Origin: a virus
Virus record (IMG/VR): IMGVR_UViG_3300035565_000042
Span: 19,394 to 83,393 of that record
DNA length: 64,000 nucleotides
Strand: one strand, 5' to 3'
The notes below the pieces were generated by a model. The model had not been told where the DNA came from and made no database searches. It was given only the letters and a program-made list of their open reading frames with translations. The translations under genes and the position numbers were made by a program. Below, in pieces: positions 47,823 to 57,859 of this stretch (position 1 is its first letter; each line of letters begins with the position of its first letter).

Positions 47823-48670
47823 ATATAGTTCAAATACATGAAAGGATCCGGTTTTGGCTGGATATTGTAGGATCTTCAAGGTTTGAAGCTTCGGACATCG
47901 ATGTTGCTATGAACACTTCTCAGCACGACATGGTTGAGGAAAGGTATGAAGCAAGCAAGAAGATGGGTACCGGAGACTCGTTTCAGAAGACACAAAAACT
48001 TCGTGACGAATTAAAAACCCTGGTAGTCTATAATGACACAGATACGGATCTTGTACTTTCAAGTTCTTCGCATATTCCGGCCGGCGATACAACAAGACAT
48101 GCGCTTATTACTGCAGCATCATTCCCGGAGGACTATAAGTATTTACTTTGTGTAGCCTTCCGTGATGACTCAACTGCAAAAGCCAAGTATAATTGCTGGC
48201 CACTGACATACAACCGTCAGAATCTATTAAATCGCAATCCATTCCGCAGGGTTCGTTATGCTCCATTCTCAAAGCAATATTTTATTGAGAGTAATGAAGG
48301 GATCATGATTTATCATGCGCTTCCAAGTTCACTTGATATTAGCAGGATTGAGATCTTCTATTTGAAGGAACCTATCTTCTGGCATTATGGGATCGAAAAA
48401 ACCCTTGCTGATACCCTTGTGGTTGCGTCTGTGGTCATTGTAGTATCAGAGACTGCAGTTTATAATGGAACGACTTATCTTCGCGGAGATGAGATTACAA
48501 TCGTTGCAGGGCATACCAATATCACTTCTGGTACCGTTCTTGACAATTATACTACAAGTGATATCACTTCAGTACTTCATGAAGATATTGCCAGGAACTC
48601 TGCAATCGATCTTTTGATCTCTATAAGAGATTTTGATAAGGTAAAGATGTTAAAAGAAATGTTTGATTGA
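47819..48670 (+). CDS. Putative head-tail connector (ring) protein
   Basis: MN..QIH...LD....RFE..DID..MN, FPEDY.Y, Y.KEP, LHEDI. Confidence 0.6.
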   Translation: MNIVQIHERIRFWLDIVGSSRFEASDIDVAMNTSQHDMVEERYEASKKMGTGDSFQKTQKLRDELKTLVVYNDTDTDLVLSSSSHIPAGDTTRHALITAASFPEDYKYLLCVAFRDDSTAKAKYNCWPLTYNRQNLLNRNPFRRVRYAPFSKQYFIESNEGIMIYHALPSSLDISRIEIFYLKEPIFWHYGIEKTLADTLVVASVVIVVSETAVYNGTTYLRGDEITIVAGHTNITSGTVLDNYTTSDITSVLHEDIARNSAIDLLISIRDFDKVKMLKEMFD

Positions 48671-48743
48671 TCGTTAGTGTAGGTGCTTGCACCGAATATC
48701 GATACAAAAAAAGTGTTTAGTATTAACCAAAAAAAGAAAGAAA

Positions 48744-49895
48744 ATGCACAAACTCGCACAAGTAGGGATTATCACGACAACTGAGAATACCTACGCACAG
48801 GTTATCGACGACACCACACTGAGCCAGTACTCCATTGTACAGACATCAGCAGGTGCTGTCAGGATCCTTGGCCCTATTCCTTATGGAAAGACCAAGAGAC
48901 TCATCACACAGACTCCGCAGGTTGAAGTACAGAATACCGTACTCATCGGAGGTGCAACAGTTGAAGTTATCGTAGCAGCTACCAGGTACCGTGTTGAAAT
49001 ATGGAACCCTGAAGCCGATTACGAAAGATTTACACAGGGCCCTCTCATCTATGCAACCGTATCAGCAACAACTCTGAGTGGTAATGCATATACCGACAGG
49101 ACAAACGTCTATTCAGCTCTGGTAACCAAGATCAATGCTTATGCAGGTAACAACTGTACCGCTTATGGTCTTGTTAAGGCTACCTATTCAGGTGGGACAT
49201 CATCTGGAGATGCAGATACCAATTTTGTAGTTGGTGAAACAGTCACACAGGAAACATCTACCTATACAGCAAAAGTTGCTGCATGTACGATTGACACTGG
49301 TACTTTTGCCGGAGATAATGCTGCCGGAACAATCTGGCTATATGCTCTTAGCAATGAGACACTCTGGCTTACAACTCAGAAAACTCTTACAGCTGCTGGC
49401 CACGTTGCTGCAGTATCTGGTATTTCTGCTGCGACTACAAACTGCGTTGTTACAGTAACCAATGCTACCGTATACTTCAACCAGGGTATCGTTCTTGTTG
49501 ACGATGCTGGTTACTTCACATCATCGAAGACAAGAGGTGGTATCAACCGCGTTGGTCTTACAGCTGGCTTCGCAACAGCAACCGCAACAGTTATCATCAC
49601 TGGTTACTACTCCGTTGGAGTTGGTACCGACATGCTTGCTCAGCGTCCAGTATTCGATATTGGCAACCAGGCACTCATTGCCGGAAATATCGAGTTCCAG
49701 GCATCTGATGGCACACTTCCTGTTGCCGGGATATACTACAAAAAGTATATTCTTGAGGTTGAGGATGGTGACGAAAATGCAGTCGACCAGTTAAGGATTG
49801 CAGCCAGAAAGCATTATGTTCTCTGGTTCCCGACTACTACAGCTGATTACGTAAGTGATCTGGATTCAGAACTTGCAACTGTAGTTGCCAAGTAA
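48744..49895 (+). CDS. Structural protein (auxiliary capsid/fibre-like)
   Basis: Thr/Ala/Gly-rich, own leader and downstream hairpin; start moved to MHKLAQV. Confidence 0.55.
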   Translation: MHKLAQVGIITTTENTYAQVIDDTTLSQYSIVQTSAGAVRILGPIPYGKTKRLITQTPQVEVQNTVLIGGATVEVIVAATRYRVEIWNPEADYERFTQGPLIYATVSATTLSGNAYTDRTNVYSALVTKINAYAGNNCTAYGLVKATYSGGTSSGDADTNFVVGETVTQETSTYTAKVAACTIDTGTFAGDNAAGTIWLYALSNETLWLTTQKTLTAAGHVAAVSGISAATTNCVVTVTNATVYFNQGIVLVDDAGYFTSSKTRGGINRVGLTAGFATATATVIITGYYSVGVGTDMLAQRPVFDIGNQALIAGNIEFQASDGTLPVAGIYYKKYILEVEDGDENAVDQLRIAARKHYVLWFPTTTADYVSDLDSELATVVAK

Positions 49896-49902
49896 ATAAC
49901 CT

Positions 49903-49943
49903 GAAAGTACGAGGGGATGATTGTCATCCCCTTTAGTACTTTC
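49903..49943. terminator. Strong intergenic hairpin
   Basis: GAAAGTAC-GAGGGGATGA-TTG-TCATCCCCTTTA-GTACTTTC. Confidence 0.6.
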
Positions 49944-49958
49944 ATAATCTCTACAACA

Positions 49959-50282
49959 ATGCAAAATGAAAATATTGTAGGTGTAGCAGTAAACCGTATG
50001 GGTCAACCATTACCTATACTCACACCAGACACGACACCGACATCAGTAGATATTGATGGAACTTCTGCACATGCTGAATCAGGAAAACTTGCTGAAGGCA
50101 TATATCGTCTTGCAGTTGTATCGTCTTCTGCAGGAGTAAGAATAGCAATTGGTGCGGCACCGGTTGCTTCAACAAGTTATGGTGTTTATCTTGCCGACCA
50201 GCAATTTGAATATTATTTTATTCCAGCAGACAGTAAAGTTTCTGTCCTTGGTGGAATACTCAATATAATAAGGTTCTCTTAA
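49959..50282 (+). CDS. Small beta-rich structural protein
   Basis: 107 aa from MQNENIVG, coupled to the next gene. Confidence 0.55.
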   Translation: MQNENIVGVAVNRMGQPLPILTPDTTPTSVDIDGTSAHAESGKLAEGIYRLAVVSSSAGVRIAIGAAPVASTSYGVYLADQQFEYYFIPADSKVSVLGGILNIIRFS

Positions 50283-52045
50283 TGAAAATGCTTCGGACAA
50301 ATATTAACCGTCCAAGGATCAATAAACTTCCAGGATCAACTTCTTCATTGAATTGGAACTCGTACTGGAATACAATTATTCCGATGCCACTACTTGCATA
50401 CAGTACAAGTGAGACAACGATGGCTCTTTCTGTTACCGATATGTTTTCTGGCAAAGGTAAACTTGCTTGGTACAGAAGCGCGGACGGCTCGACTTACGCC
50501 AAGATTGCAACAACAGGAACTGGTGTTTTGAGCTATAACGATACCGGACTGACGGCAGGGACTCTTTATTATTACAAATGTAGAGCAGAACAGGGCAGTC
50601 ATTATTCTGCATGGTCGAATGTTGCTTCTACTCCGACATGGTGTTCTAATTACACGACTCTCTATGCGGCAATTACCGGAACTAAACCATCGGCAATGGT
50701 TGCTTCCGCTCAATCAAAATTTCTTTGGAGATTATTAGGTAACAATAGTCTTTCTTTAAATGTGTTGCAGAAAATTGTTTATTTGTTACCTACAGAAGCC
50801 GGTATGCCTTCTTCGGCTGATGCTTTGATAAGATGGGATAATCCTTCAAAGAAAGCTACATTAAGTGCAGTAGCTCCAACATATACTGTAAATCGAGGTT
50901 TCAAGGGAAATGGGGTTTCAGCATATATATTAACCGGATTCAATAGTTCTATTGACGGTGCAGGTATTTATCTACAGGATTCATGTTCCTCTGTTCATCA
51001 CTTCACCTATGGATCAACAATTTCTACGGATACAGGAGGAAGTGGCTGGCAATCTTCAGCATCTGGCAATCCAGGTATGGCTATTTATCCTATCTATACC
51101 AATAATGTATATATCAGATGCCAGGGGTCTTACGTAAATTGGGCAAATACTCACATTGATCAGTTATTCTCTTGTGTAAGAAATAATGCAACACAATGTC
51201 AGATTTATTTTGCAAAAGAAGCACAGGGACTTAAATCCGCAAATTCCATTGCATTACAGAATCTTGAAGCGTATGCATTGTCAATAAATATTGCTGGTAC
51301 TGCTGGTTCTTTTATGACTGATTATTGTGGACTTATTTGTTATGCATCTGGTTTTACAGCTAATGATGTAACAGTATTTGCTGATGCTTATGATGAAATG
51401 CTACTTGCAATTAATTATGGAACAATATTACTTGAAGAACTTGGCGATGGCGTAAGTATTGATGTAGCAAAATGGACTGTTACAAATACTAATCCATTAT
51501 CAGTTGAATTTGAAATTGATAAAGGTTTGGTAATGCACAACATGCTTCCTGGTGGTGCAGATCCTATATATGATAATATACGAAGTGTTTTAAAATTTAA
51601 TTGGGGTATCTATAAGTTTGATTGGATGGACATGATGCGTGTAACTATTGGTTATTCTTACCATCAAGTTACCTGGTATTACCTCTATAACTATTACATG
51701 AAATTGCAGATACTTTGGAATGCAGGAACTTCAGTTTGGGAATTACATTTTATGATATATTATCCAGGTTTAGTACTTGATATAGTATTGGGTAGCGGTA
51801 CTGTTGGTACACCTTTCGATTTTGCATCATTAAAAATAGTGGATACACCTCTTCACTATTTAAAAGCCTATGTATGGAATTTTGTTACTGAATTATGGGA
51901 AGAAAAGGGTAGCGCATTTTATCATCCTCATAAACCTTACGATATTGGAATGGCATCGAGGGGTTCAGAACTTGCATTAGGTACAAAAACAGTAATGGAT
52001 GATATATATGTTACAGCGTTTGATTTTGATACTTTAAATCCGTAA
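50282..52045 (+). CDS. Putative receptor-binding/fibre protein (FN3 + lectin-like domains)
   Basis: YNDTGLTAGTLYYYKCRA (FN3); GFKGNGVSAYILTGFN, ConA-like; aromatic-rich C-terminus. Confidence 0.65.
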   Translation: MKMLRTNINRPRINKLPGSTSSLNWNSYWNTIIPMPLLAYSTSETTMALSVTDMFSGKGKLAWYRSADGSTYAKIATTGTGVLSYNDTGLTAGTLYYYKCRAEQGSHYSAWSNVASTPTWCSNYTTLYAAITGTKPSAMVASAQSKFLWRLLGNNSLSLNVLQKIVYLLPTEAGMPSSADALIRWDNPSKKATLSAVAPTYTVNRGFKGNGVSAYILTGFNSSIDGAGIYLQDSCSSVHHFTYGSTISTDTGGSGWQSSASGNPGMAIYPIYTNNVYIRCQGSYVNWANTHIDQLFSCVRNNATQCQIYFAKEAQGLKSANSIALQNLEAYALSINIAGTAGSFMTDYCGLICYASGFTANDVTVFADAYDEMLLAINYGTILLEELGDGVSIDVAKWTVTNTNPLSVEFEIDKGLVMHNMLPGGADPIYDNIRSVLKFNWGIYKFDWMDMMRVTIGYSYHQVTWYYLYNYYMKLQILWNAGTSVWELHFMIYYPGLVLDIVLGSGTVGTPFDFASLKIVDTPLHYLKAYVWNFVTELWEEKGSAFYHPHKPYDIGMASRGSELALGTKTVMDDIYVTAFDFDTLNP

Positions 52046-52049
52046 TAAA

Positions 52050-53087
52050 ATGGCTGGAATAAAAATAGATATAAAAACACGTGGTGCAATACCAGACGGA
52101 GTAACTGATTGTTCTTCTATAATTAATGCTATCCTTATAGAAGGTAATTATCCCTATGCATTGAATGGCAGGTATATCATTCATGAGAGTATGAAATTCC
52201 CAAGTAATAGTATTTTGTATGGTAAAAATGCAAAGATTAAACTTGGCGATAATTGTTTTGATAATTTAATGAGAAATGCTGATTTCACGAATGGTAATTA
52301 CAATATAAAAATAATAGGAGAAGGGAATTTCATTCTTGATCACAATGCAGTAGGTAACATTGATGATCTTTATACGAGGTATGGTAAGAACGGAGTTAAT
52401 TCTTATAAATATCAGACATACGCATGGTCAAATGTTGATGATATTGAAATGGTTAATATAAATCTTTGTGATTGTCAACATTGGCAATTATATATGCAAA
52501 GAGTTACTAATTCAGAATTTCATCATTATTATCAAAATTTTTATAGATTAACACCTAATCAGGATGGGATAGATTTTGGTCATGGATGTAATAATATTCA
52601 TATCCATCATTGGAGGGGTCATTCGTCTGATGATTTTGTTTGTTATGGGATAGCAGCACATGCTGATGGCGGAGTTCGGGACAGCCATTGGCTTGAAGGA
52701 GACATCCACGATATTGAAATGGATCATATTGTTATTTATTCAGCAGTTAACGGGAGTTCTTGTGCTTTAGTCGTGGGAGAAGGGAGAAAACTATATAATA
52801 TAAACCATCATGATAATAGACTAATAAGTGCAGGGACAATTTTATATAGTAGTTATGGAGACGTATGGTTTAATGTACCGCCAGCTATTGATGATGTTCA
52901 TGATTTAACATTTACTGACATTACTGTTGATTATAATTCACGAGCTGCCCTATTTATGTTTGGAGATAATTGCAAGAATGTACTTGGTGTAGGAATAATA
53001 AACAATACTGCAAAAAACATGTTTGAAAGTGATGCTGCATCTCAGCATAATGTAGTTATTAACGGTGTTGATTATTCTACTCCATGA
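52050..53087 (+). CDS. Parallel beta-helix polysaccharide depolymerase (GH28/pectin lyase-like)
   Basis: GAIPDGVTDCS N-terminus; NQDGIDF and SSDDFV resemble the GH28 NTDG/DD motifs. Confidence 0.75.
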   Translation: MAGIKIDIKTRGAIPDGVTDCSSIINAILIEGNYPYALNGRYIIHESMKFPSNSILYGKNAKIKLGDNCFDNLMRNADFTNGNYNIKIIGEGNFILDHNAVGNIDDLYTRYGKNGVNSYKYQTYAWSNVDDIEMVNINLCDCQHWQLYMQRVTNSEFHHYYQNFYRLTPNQDGIDFGHGCNNIHIHHWRGHSSDDFVCYGIAAHADGGVRDSHWLEGDIHDIEMDHIVIYSAVNGSSCALVVGEGRKLYNINHHDNRLISAGTILYSSYGDVWFNVPPAIDDVHDLTFTDITVDYNSRAALFMFGDNCKNVLGVGIINNTAKNMFESDAASQHNVVINGVDYSTP

Positions 53088-53230
53088 TAAAATCAATCTC
53101 ATCGGGTTATGTAACTTTTGAATGGGAAGATGGGGAAACGCATTGTCTGACTATTGGTGAGTATAATTGGTTTGCAGAGAAGCATGGATTGGAGAAAGTA
53201 AAATAATTGTAGTTGGTAACGCGCTGATTT

Positions 53231-54142
53231 ATGAAATTATTCAAAACATATCGAACCTTTGAAGAGATCCTGCCGGAACACCTGACAGAGAGAAAGATTG
53301 CGCTTACTCACCGATCCTTTGCCGGAGAGGTAAGCAAGTTCAGAAGGTTTGATTCCTGGCTTAATTCTCATGATCTGCACGATAAATCACTCCGGAAGAT
53401 ATCAAACCGTGATATCGCAAGATTTTTTGTGGAGATTGCCGGCGAACTCGATAAGCCCACTTGCCAGAAATATTTCATATCAATCCGGGGACTATGGCAG
53501 TTTGCGTTTAAGGTAGGAGAGATAGGCAAGACTCTTCCCTTTGACTTGGTTGTTTTTCCTACAAAAAAAGATGACTATTCACCAGCCCTAATACCACGGG
53601 AAGACTTCTGCGAGCTTATGGAAGATATAAAGAAGAACGACAGACAGCTTTACCTGGCTTCAATGATTGTTTACTATGCCTTTATCAGGCCAGGAAGAGA
53701 GCTGAGGCTACTCAAAACCGACGATTTCAATTTTGAACTTGGTTATATAAGGGTAATTGCCCAGAATGCCAAAACCAGGAAACAGAGATTTGTAACAATT
53801 CCTCCAGAGCTCATGGAGGTTTGTATTGCTTATGGGATAGATGACGCGGATCCCGGTCTGTTTGTGTTCGGATCCAAGGGAAAGATAAGCAAAAGGCATA
53901 TCGGAATTAATAGCCTGGCGGCGAGGTTTAACGTATTCAGAACCAAACATGGTCTCTCAAGAAAGGTAAAATTTTACTCTTTTAAGCATACTGGAATGAC
54001 GGACATGCTGAATGCCGGTGTTCCACTTTTGGCAGTCCAGGGACAGGCAGGGCATGATCGGTTAACATCGACACAACATTACGCAAAAAAGTATGCCGGG
54101 ATCATTAATCCAAGCATCAAAACCTATTTAAGAACAGCATAA
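53231..54142 (+). CDS. Tyrosine recombinase (no N-terminal arm-binding domain)
   Basis: FIRPGREL (R), AKT (K), FYSFKHTG, QAGH, TQHY (Y); 303 aa with an in-frame stop just upstream. Confidence 0.92.
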   Translation: MKLFKTYRTFEEILPEHLTERKIALTHRSFAGEVSKFRRFDSWLNSHDLHDKSLRKISNRDIARFFVEIAGELDKPTCQKYFISIRGLWQFAFKVGEIGKTLPFDLVVFPTKKDDYSPALIPREDFCELMEDIKKNDRQLYLASMIVYYAFIRPGRELRLLKTDDFNFELGYIRVIAQNAKTRKQRFVTIPPELMEVCIAYGIDDADPGLFVFGSKGKISKRHIGINSLAARFNVFRTKHGLSRKVKFYSFKHTGMTDMLNAGVPLLAVQGQAGHDRLTSTQHYAKKYAGIINPSIKTYLRTA

Positions 54143-54156
54143 GATTAATCTTTAAC

Positions 54157-54648
54157 ATGAAAGATATGACAGATAAGGAAATATTTGACAGTATCAATAC
54201 AATAGTTGGTGGTCATGTGTCAGCACTAACAATGCTCATCTCTACGGAAACTCAGGATATCCGGCATTCAGTCGATCAGTTAACAGAGAGAGTTAAACGA
54301 CAGAACGGATCTGTGAGAGATTTAAATGAATGGAAGGCATCTGTCATTGGAGAAGACAAAGGAGCTGACAAATTGAACAAAGAAAGAAGAGCCAATTTTC
54401 AAAAGGTACTTCAATTAATTGCTACTGTAGTAATGGCTATAGGCTTATGCATTACAACATATTTCAGTATCTTTGGTAGTAAGCAAAGTAAAAAGAATGC
54501 TGAAGAGATTGGAATAGCAAACAAGAAGATTGATGATTTTGGTACTCCAGTAATTGTTGACAAGACAGGTAAACTAATGGATACAAGATCAGTTGAATTG
54601 AAGATGTGGCCAAAAGATTTTCTTAATGATACAGTAAAAACTAAATAG
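54157..54648 (+). CDS. Membrane protein of the lysis module
   Basis: KRQNGSV..L coiled coil plus one TM segment, directly before the endolysin. Confidence 0.5.
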   Translation: MKDMTDKEIFDSINTIVGGHVSALTMLISTETQDIRHSVDQLTERVKRQNGSVRDLNEWKASVIGEDKGADKLNKERRANFQKVLQLIATVVMAIGLCITTYFSIFGSKQSKKNAEEIGIANKKIDDFGTPVIVDKTGKLMDTRSVELKMWPKDFLNDTVKTK

Positions 54649-54649
54649 T

Positions 54650-55096
54650 ATGCCAGTATTCAGTCAGACATCAAAAGATAAACTTTCCCTGGCACACAGG
54701 GATTTGCAGACTTTATTCAATGAAGTGATAAAATGGTATGATTGTACTATTGCTGATTCTTATCGTACCAAGGCAGCACAGCATCAATTCTTACTTGAAG
54801 GGAAATCGAAGGTAGACTATCCTACGGTTCATAATACCAAGCCAAGTAATGCAGTTGATGTTTATCCTTATGAAGTAGATCATATTGACTGGGGACAATT
54901 GCAGAGTGCTTATTTTGCAGGGTGGATAATGGGAATTGCAGTAAGATTGTTTGAAGAAGGGAAGATTACTCATAGGATAAGATGTGGGATTGACTGGGAT
55001 AAGGATAATGATATTGACGATAATGCATTTTGGGATGCAGGTCATTTTGAGATAATACCCAATCCTGGAGAGACATTTCAATATTTCGAAACTTAA
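54650..55096 (+). CDS. Endolysin, M15 family L-Ala-D-Glu peptidase-like
   Basis: FSQTS..KL...H.DLQ, YRT...Q, HN..PS.AVD, DWD, WDAGHFE. Confidence 0.88.
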   Translation: MPVFSQTSKDKLSLAHRDLQTLFNEVIKWYDCTIADSYRTKAAQHQFLLEGKSKVDYPTVHNTKPSNAVDVYPYEVDHIDWGQLQSAYFAGWIMGIAVRLFEEGKITHRIRCGIDWDKDNDIDDNAFWDAGHFEIIPNPGETFQYFET

Positions 55097-55107
55097 TTCT
55101 ATTCGAT

Positions 55108-55356
55108 ATGCAAATTCTTAATACAAAGTACTCAGTAAATACATCGAATTGGACGAAGAGGACTCCGCCATATCTGAAGTTCTTTTGCGATTTTCTTCTA
55201 TTCTTAAGTCTGGTTGTAGGAGTACTTCCAGAGATACCTACTCCGATAGGTAAATGGATCCTATTTGGAGGAGTAGTTGCAAAACTACTCTCGAACTTCA
55301 TCTCTGATCATTTGCCTGCAACTGCACAACCAACCAATCCGGAGGTAACACCATGA
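55108..55356 (+). CDS. Putative holin
   Basis: 82 aa, TP motif followed by two hydrophobic segments. Confidence 0.55.
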   Translation: MQILNTKYSVNTSNWTKRTPPYLKFFCDFLLFLSLVVGVLPEIPTPIGKWILFGGVVAKLLSNFISDHLPATAQPTNPEVTP

Positions 55357-56090
55357 AGAAAATAATGAAATGGATCCAGGCAAATTCGAAGTTAGTGATT
55401 CGGATACTTATTGGCATAGCAATATTTCTCGTTATCCTTTGCTTAGTTTCTAATTGTGTTCAGTCAGACCGATACCAGAAGATCAAGAAAGATCATAAGG
55501 AATTAAAGAAAGAAAAAGAGCTGGCTGAACATAAAATCGATTCTTTGCAGAAAGTATTTGCAGATAGTCAACAGCAAATAAACATTCTTATCTTGAAGAG
55601 TGATAGTATCAAAAAGGCCTCTAAGGAGGTCATAGAGGCAATGAAGATTAAAGAAGGGCAATACCTTCAAACGATAGCAGATCTCAAGACAGTGCCCCCT
55701 GATACGGTCTACAAGAGGATATTTGCTTATAACCCCAATATCAATAATGATTTGTTACGATATCCATTTGGATCAACCCAGATAAAAAACATCTATTCAG
55801 ATCATCTGTCACTAAATTATAATATAGGACTTGCCAATGATTTTCATACTCGTCTTGATCTTTGCAGTAAGGATAACCAGGTTAAAGATGGAGTGATTGT
55901 GCAAAAAGATAAACAGATCGGAAGTCTTAATGATCAACTCAAAATAAATGTTGGTCTGATTACAACACTTACAAGTGACAATAAGGTACTCGAAAAATCA
56001 TATAAAGGTGAACGAAGATGGAAGATTGTCTGGCGCACCGCATCTATTGTAGAGGGAGGATTCATAGTCTATCAGTCATTGAAAAAATAA
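55353..56090 (+). CDS. Putative spanin-like protein
   Basis: N-terminal TM, long coiled coil, C-terminal hydrophobic segment; lysis context. Confidence 0.55.
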   Translation: MKKIMKWIQANSKLVIRILIGIAIFLVILCLVSNCVQSDRYQKIKKDHKELKKEKELAEHKIDSLQKVFADSQQQINILILKSDSIKKASKEVIEAMKIKEGQYLQTIADLKTVPPDTVYKRIFAYNPNINNDLLRYPFGSTQIKNIYSDHLSLNYNIGLANDFHTRLDLCSKDNQVKDGVIVQKDKQIGSLNDQLKINVGLITTLTSDNKVLEKSYKGERRWKIVWRTASIVEGGFIVYQSLKK

Positions 56091-56106
56091 CTTAAAAAAT
56101 CATACA

Positions 56107-57495
56107 ATGAAAAATCCGGTACTTGGTTCAAACTTAATACAGTCATTTCTTGATTTCGAAACTATAGCAGGTAAGTTTCGATGGGGTATTGAAGGCCCAG
56201 ATCAAAGAATGTTCTGTGAGACTTCATCCGGGAAAGTTTATCTTACCGATACAAGTGGATATCAGTGTGCAGATGTGATAAATGAAATTTCGTCTGGCAG
56301 TGGAGTTACCATTGATGGTGTTCTCCTCAAAGATACTTCGGTAAACTTTTCAGGGAAAACACCAGCATATTCTGCATATACTATTGCAGGAACTGGAGGA
56401 CGTAATGCTCCATTCATTAACATGGGTTCATGGGATGCACCAATGAACATTGTTCTTAAATCTGACCATTATGTTCCTATTCAGGTAAACCTAAAGAACA
56501 CTGGAAACGTTGCATTCGATGTTGCAGCAGCCAGATTCAGGGTAGACACTGGCGGTGCTACGGCAAATGTTGCTCATAATGTACTTGAACTACGTGCTAC
56601 TGTAGGGCATAATGTTAACTCTGTTGCCGTAGTTCAGGCAAGTGCAAGTTTCAGTACTATGTCTGTGACTTCCGGAGAAGTTGTAATTGGATACTTCTCT
56701 TTTGATGGAGCCGGCAATGTAACTCTTCCGGGAAGCAACTGTGCTTCAGCGATAGTAGGATCAGTAACCAATACCGGGACTCCTGTAGGAACTGTTAACG
56801 TTGCATATTTCAGATCTGCAGCCAGTACAAGTGTAACGAACATGATAAAGGTTGACAACCTTGGTAATGCTACTATTGGTGCCACTTTTACCGGATCATA
56901 TTCATGCGTTCTTCAGCTTGGTACTTCCGGAACAAAACTTGCACTTACAAGTGCTACAGACAGAGTAATGTCCGCATATACGACAAGTGCTGTTGCTACT
57001 GCCGCAACATTATCATCTGCAACAATTGCTCAGACAATGACTGCAGCATCAGCAGTAAACTCCGTAGAAGCATTGCAGGTAAGTCTTACCTCAAATGTAC
57101 AGACAGGAAACTGGGCAAATGCCATATCTGCAAAGATTGACTATTCCACGGTAGGTTATGTAACAGGGTTGGCTGGAGTAATTTGTTCTGAACTTGATAT
57201 GCCTGGTGGTGCAGTTGCCGGTGGCAATGGTACATATGCATGTTATGAAGCTGAACTTAACCTTCCTACAAGTTATTCAGGTGGTGGTGTCCCAACAATG
57301 TTCTTCTCTCTTAACGTATGGGGAGCTCAGAAGGCACAGTTCGATACTGCTGGATATTTCTTTGATCTAAATGGTGTTTCTGTTGCATCAGGCAAGATAT
57401 TCCAGGCAAATACAGCCGGAGCTGCAACTCATGCCCTGAGATGCAGAATCAATGGTACAAACTACTATCTGATGCTGACAAACGTAGGCGCTTAA
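56107..57495 (+). CDS. Tail/head fibre-like protein
   Basis: INEISSGSGVTIDGVLLKD motif; Ala/Ser/Thr-rich; C-terminal LRCRINGTNYYL. Confidence 0.65.
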   Translation: MKNPVLGSNLIQSFLDFETIAGKFRWGIEGPDQRMFCETSSGKVYLTDTSGYQCADVINEISSGSGVTIDGVLLKDTSVNFSGKTPAYSAYTIAGTGGRNAPFINMGSWDAPMNIVLKSDHYVPIQVNLKNTGNVAFDVAAARFRVDTGGATANVAHNVLELRATVGHNVNSVAVVQASASFSTMSVTSGEVVIGYFSFDGAGNVTLPGSNCASAIVGSVTNTGTPVGTVNVAYFRSAASTSVTNMIKVDNLGNATIGATFTGSYSCVLQLGTSGTKLALTSATDRVMSAYTTSAVATAATLSSATIAQTMTAASAVNSVEALQVSLTSNVQTGNWANAISAKIDYSTVGYVTGLAGVICSELDMPGGAVAGGNGTYACYEAELNLPTSYSGGGVPTMFFSLNVWGAQKAQFDTAGYFFDLNGVSVASGKIFQANTAGAATHALRCRINGTNYYLMLTNVGA

Positions 57496-57526
57496 TTTTC
57501 TTTTTTATTAACTTATATTTTTTATC

Positions 57527-57856
57527 ATGGAACTTAGTATTTTACAAAGGATAATACTGCAATCAGTATTACCGCCAGAAGGTGACTATGTCACAATTAA
57601 GATTATCCGGGATCTCAAAGCCGAACTTGGGTTCAGTGAAGAAGAGATCAAGAAGTTTAACATCACCCAGGAAGGAACAAAAATATTCTGGGATATGAAG
57701 TCGGCAGAAGGGAAAGAAGGATTGAAAAAGATTAACATTGGCCCAAAAGCTCTCGATATCATTGTTAAGTCTTTAAAAGACCTGAATGCCCAGAAGAAGA
57801 TAAACGAACAGAATGCAGACCTCTACGAATTATTCGTAGTAAAGAAAGGGAAATAA
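57527..57856 (+). CDS. Small protein, possible fibre chaperone
   Basis: LPPEGDY...L.FSEEE motif following a fibre gene. Confidence 0.5.
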   Translation: MELSILQRIILQSVLPPEGDYVTIKIIRDLKAELGFSEEEIKKFNITQEGTKIFWDMKSAEGKEGLKKINIGPKALDIIVKSLKDLNAQKKINEQNADLYELFVVKKGK

Positions 57857-57859
57857 ATC

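Noticed and set aside
53090-53120. dif-like site (TTATGTAACT) upstream of the recombinase
   Set aside because: Only one arm resembles a XerD site, there is no matching left arm, and it lies inside a plausible 40-codon ORF.
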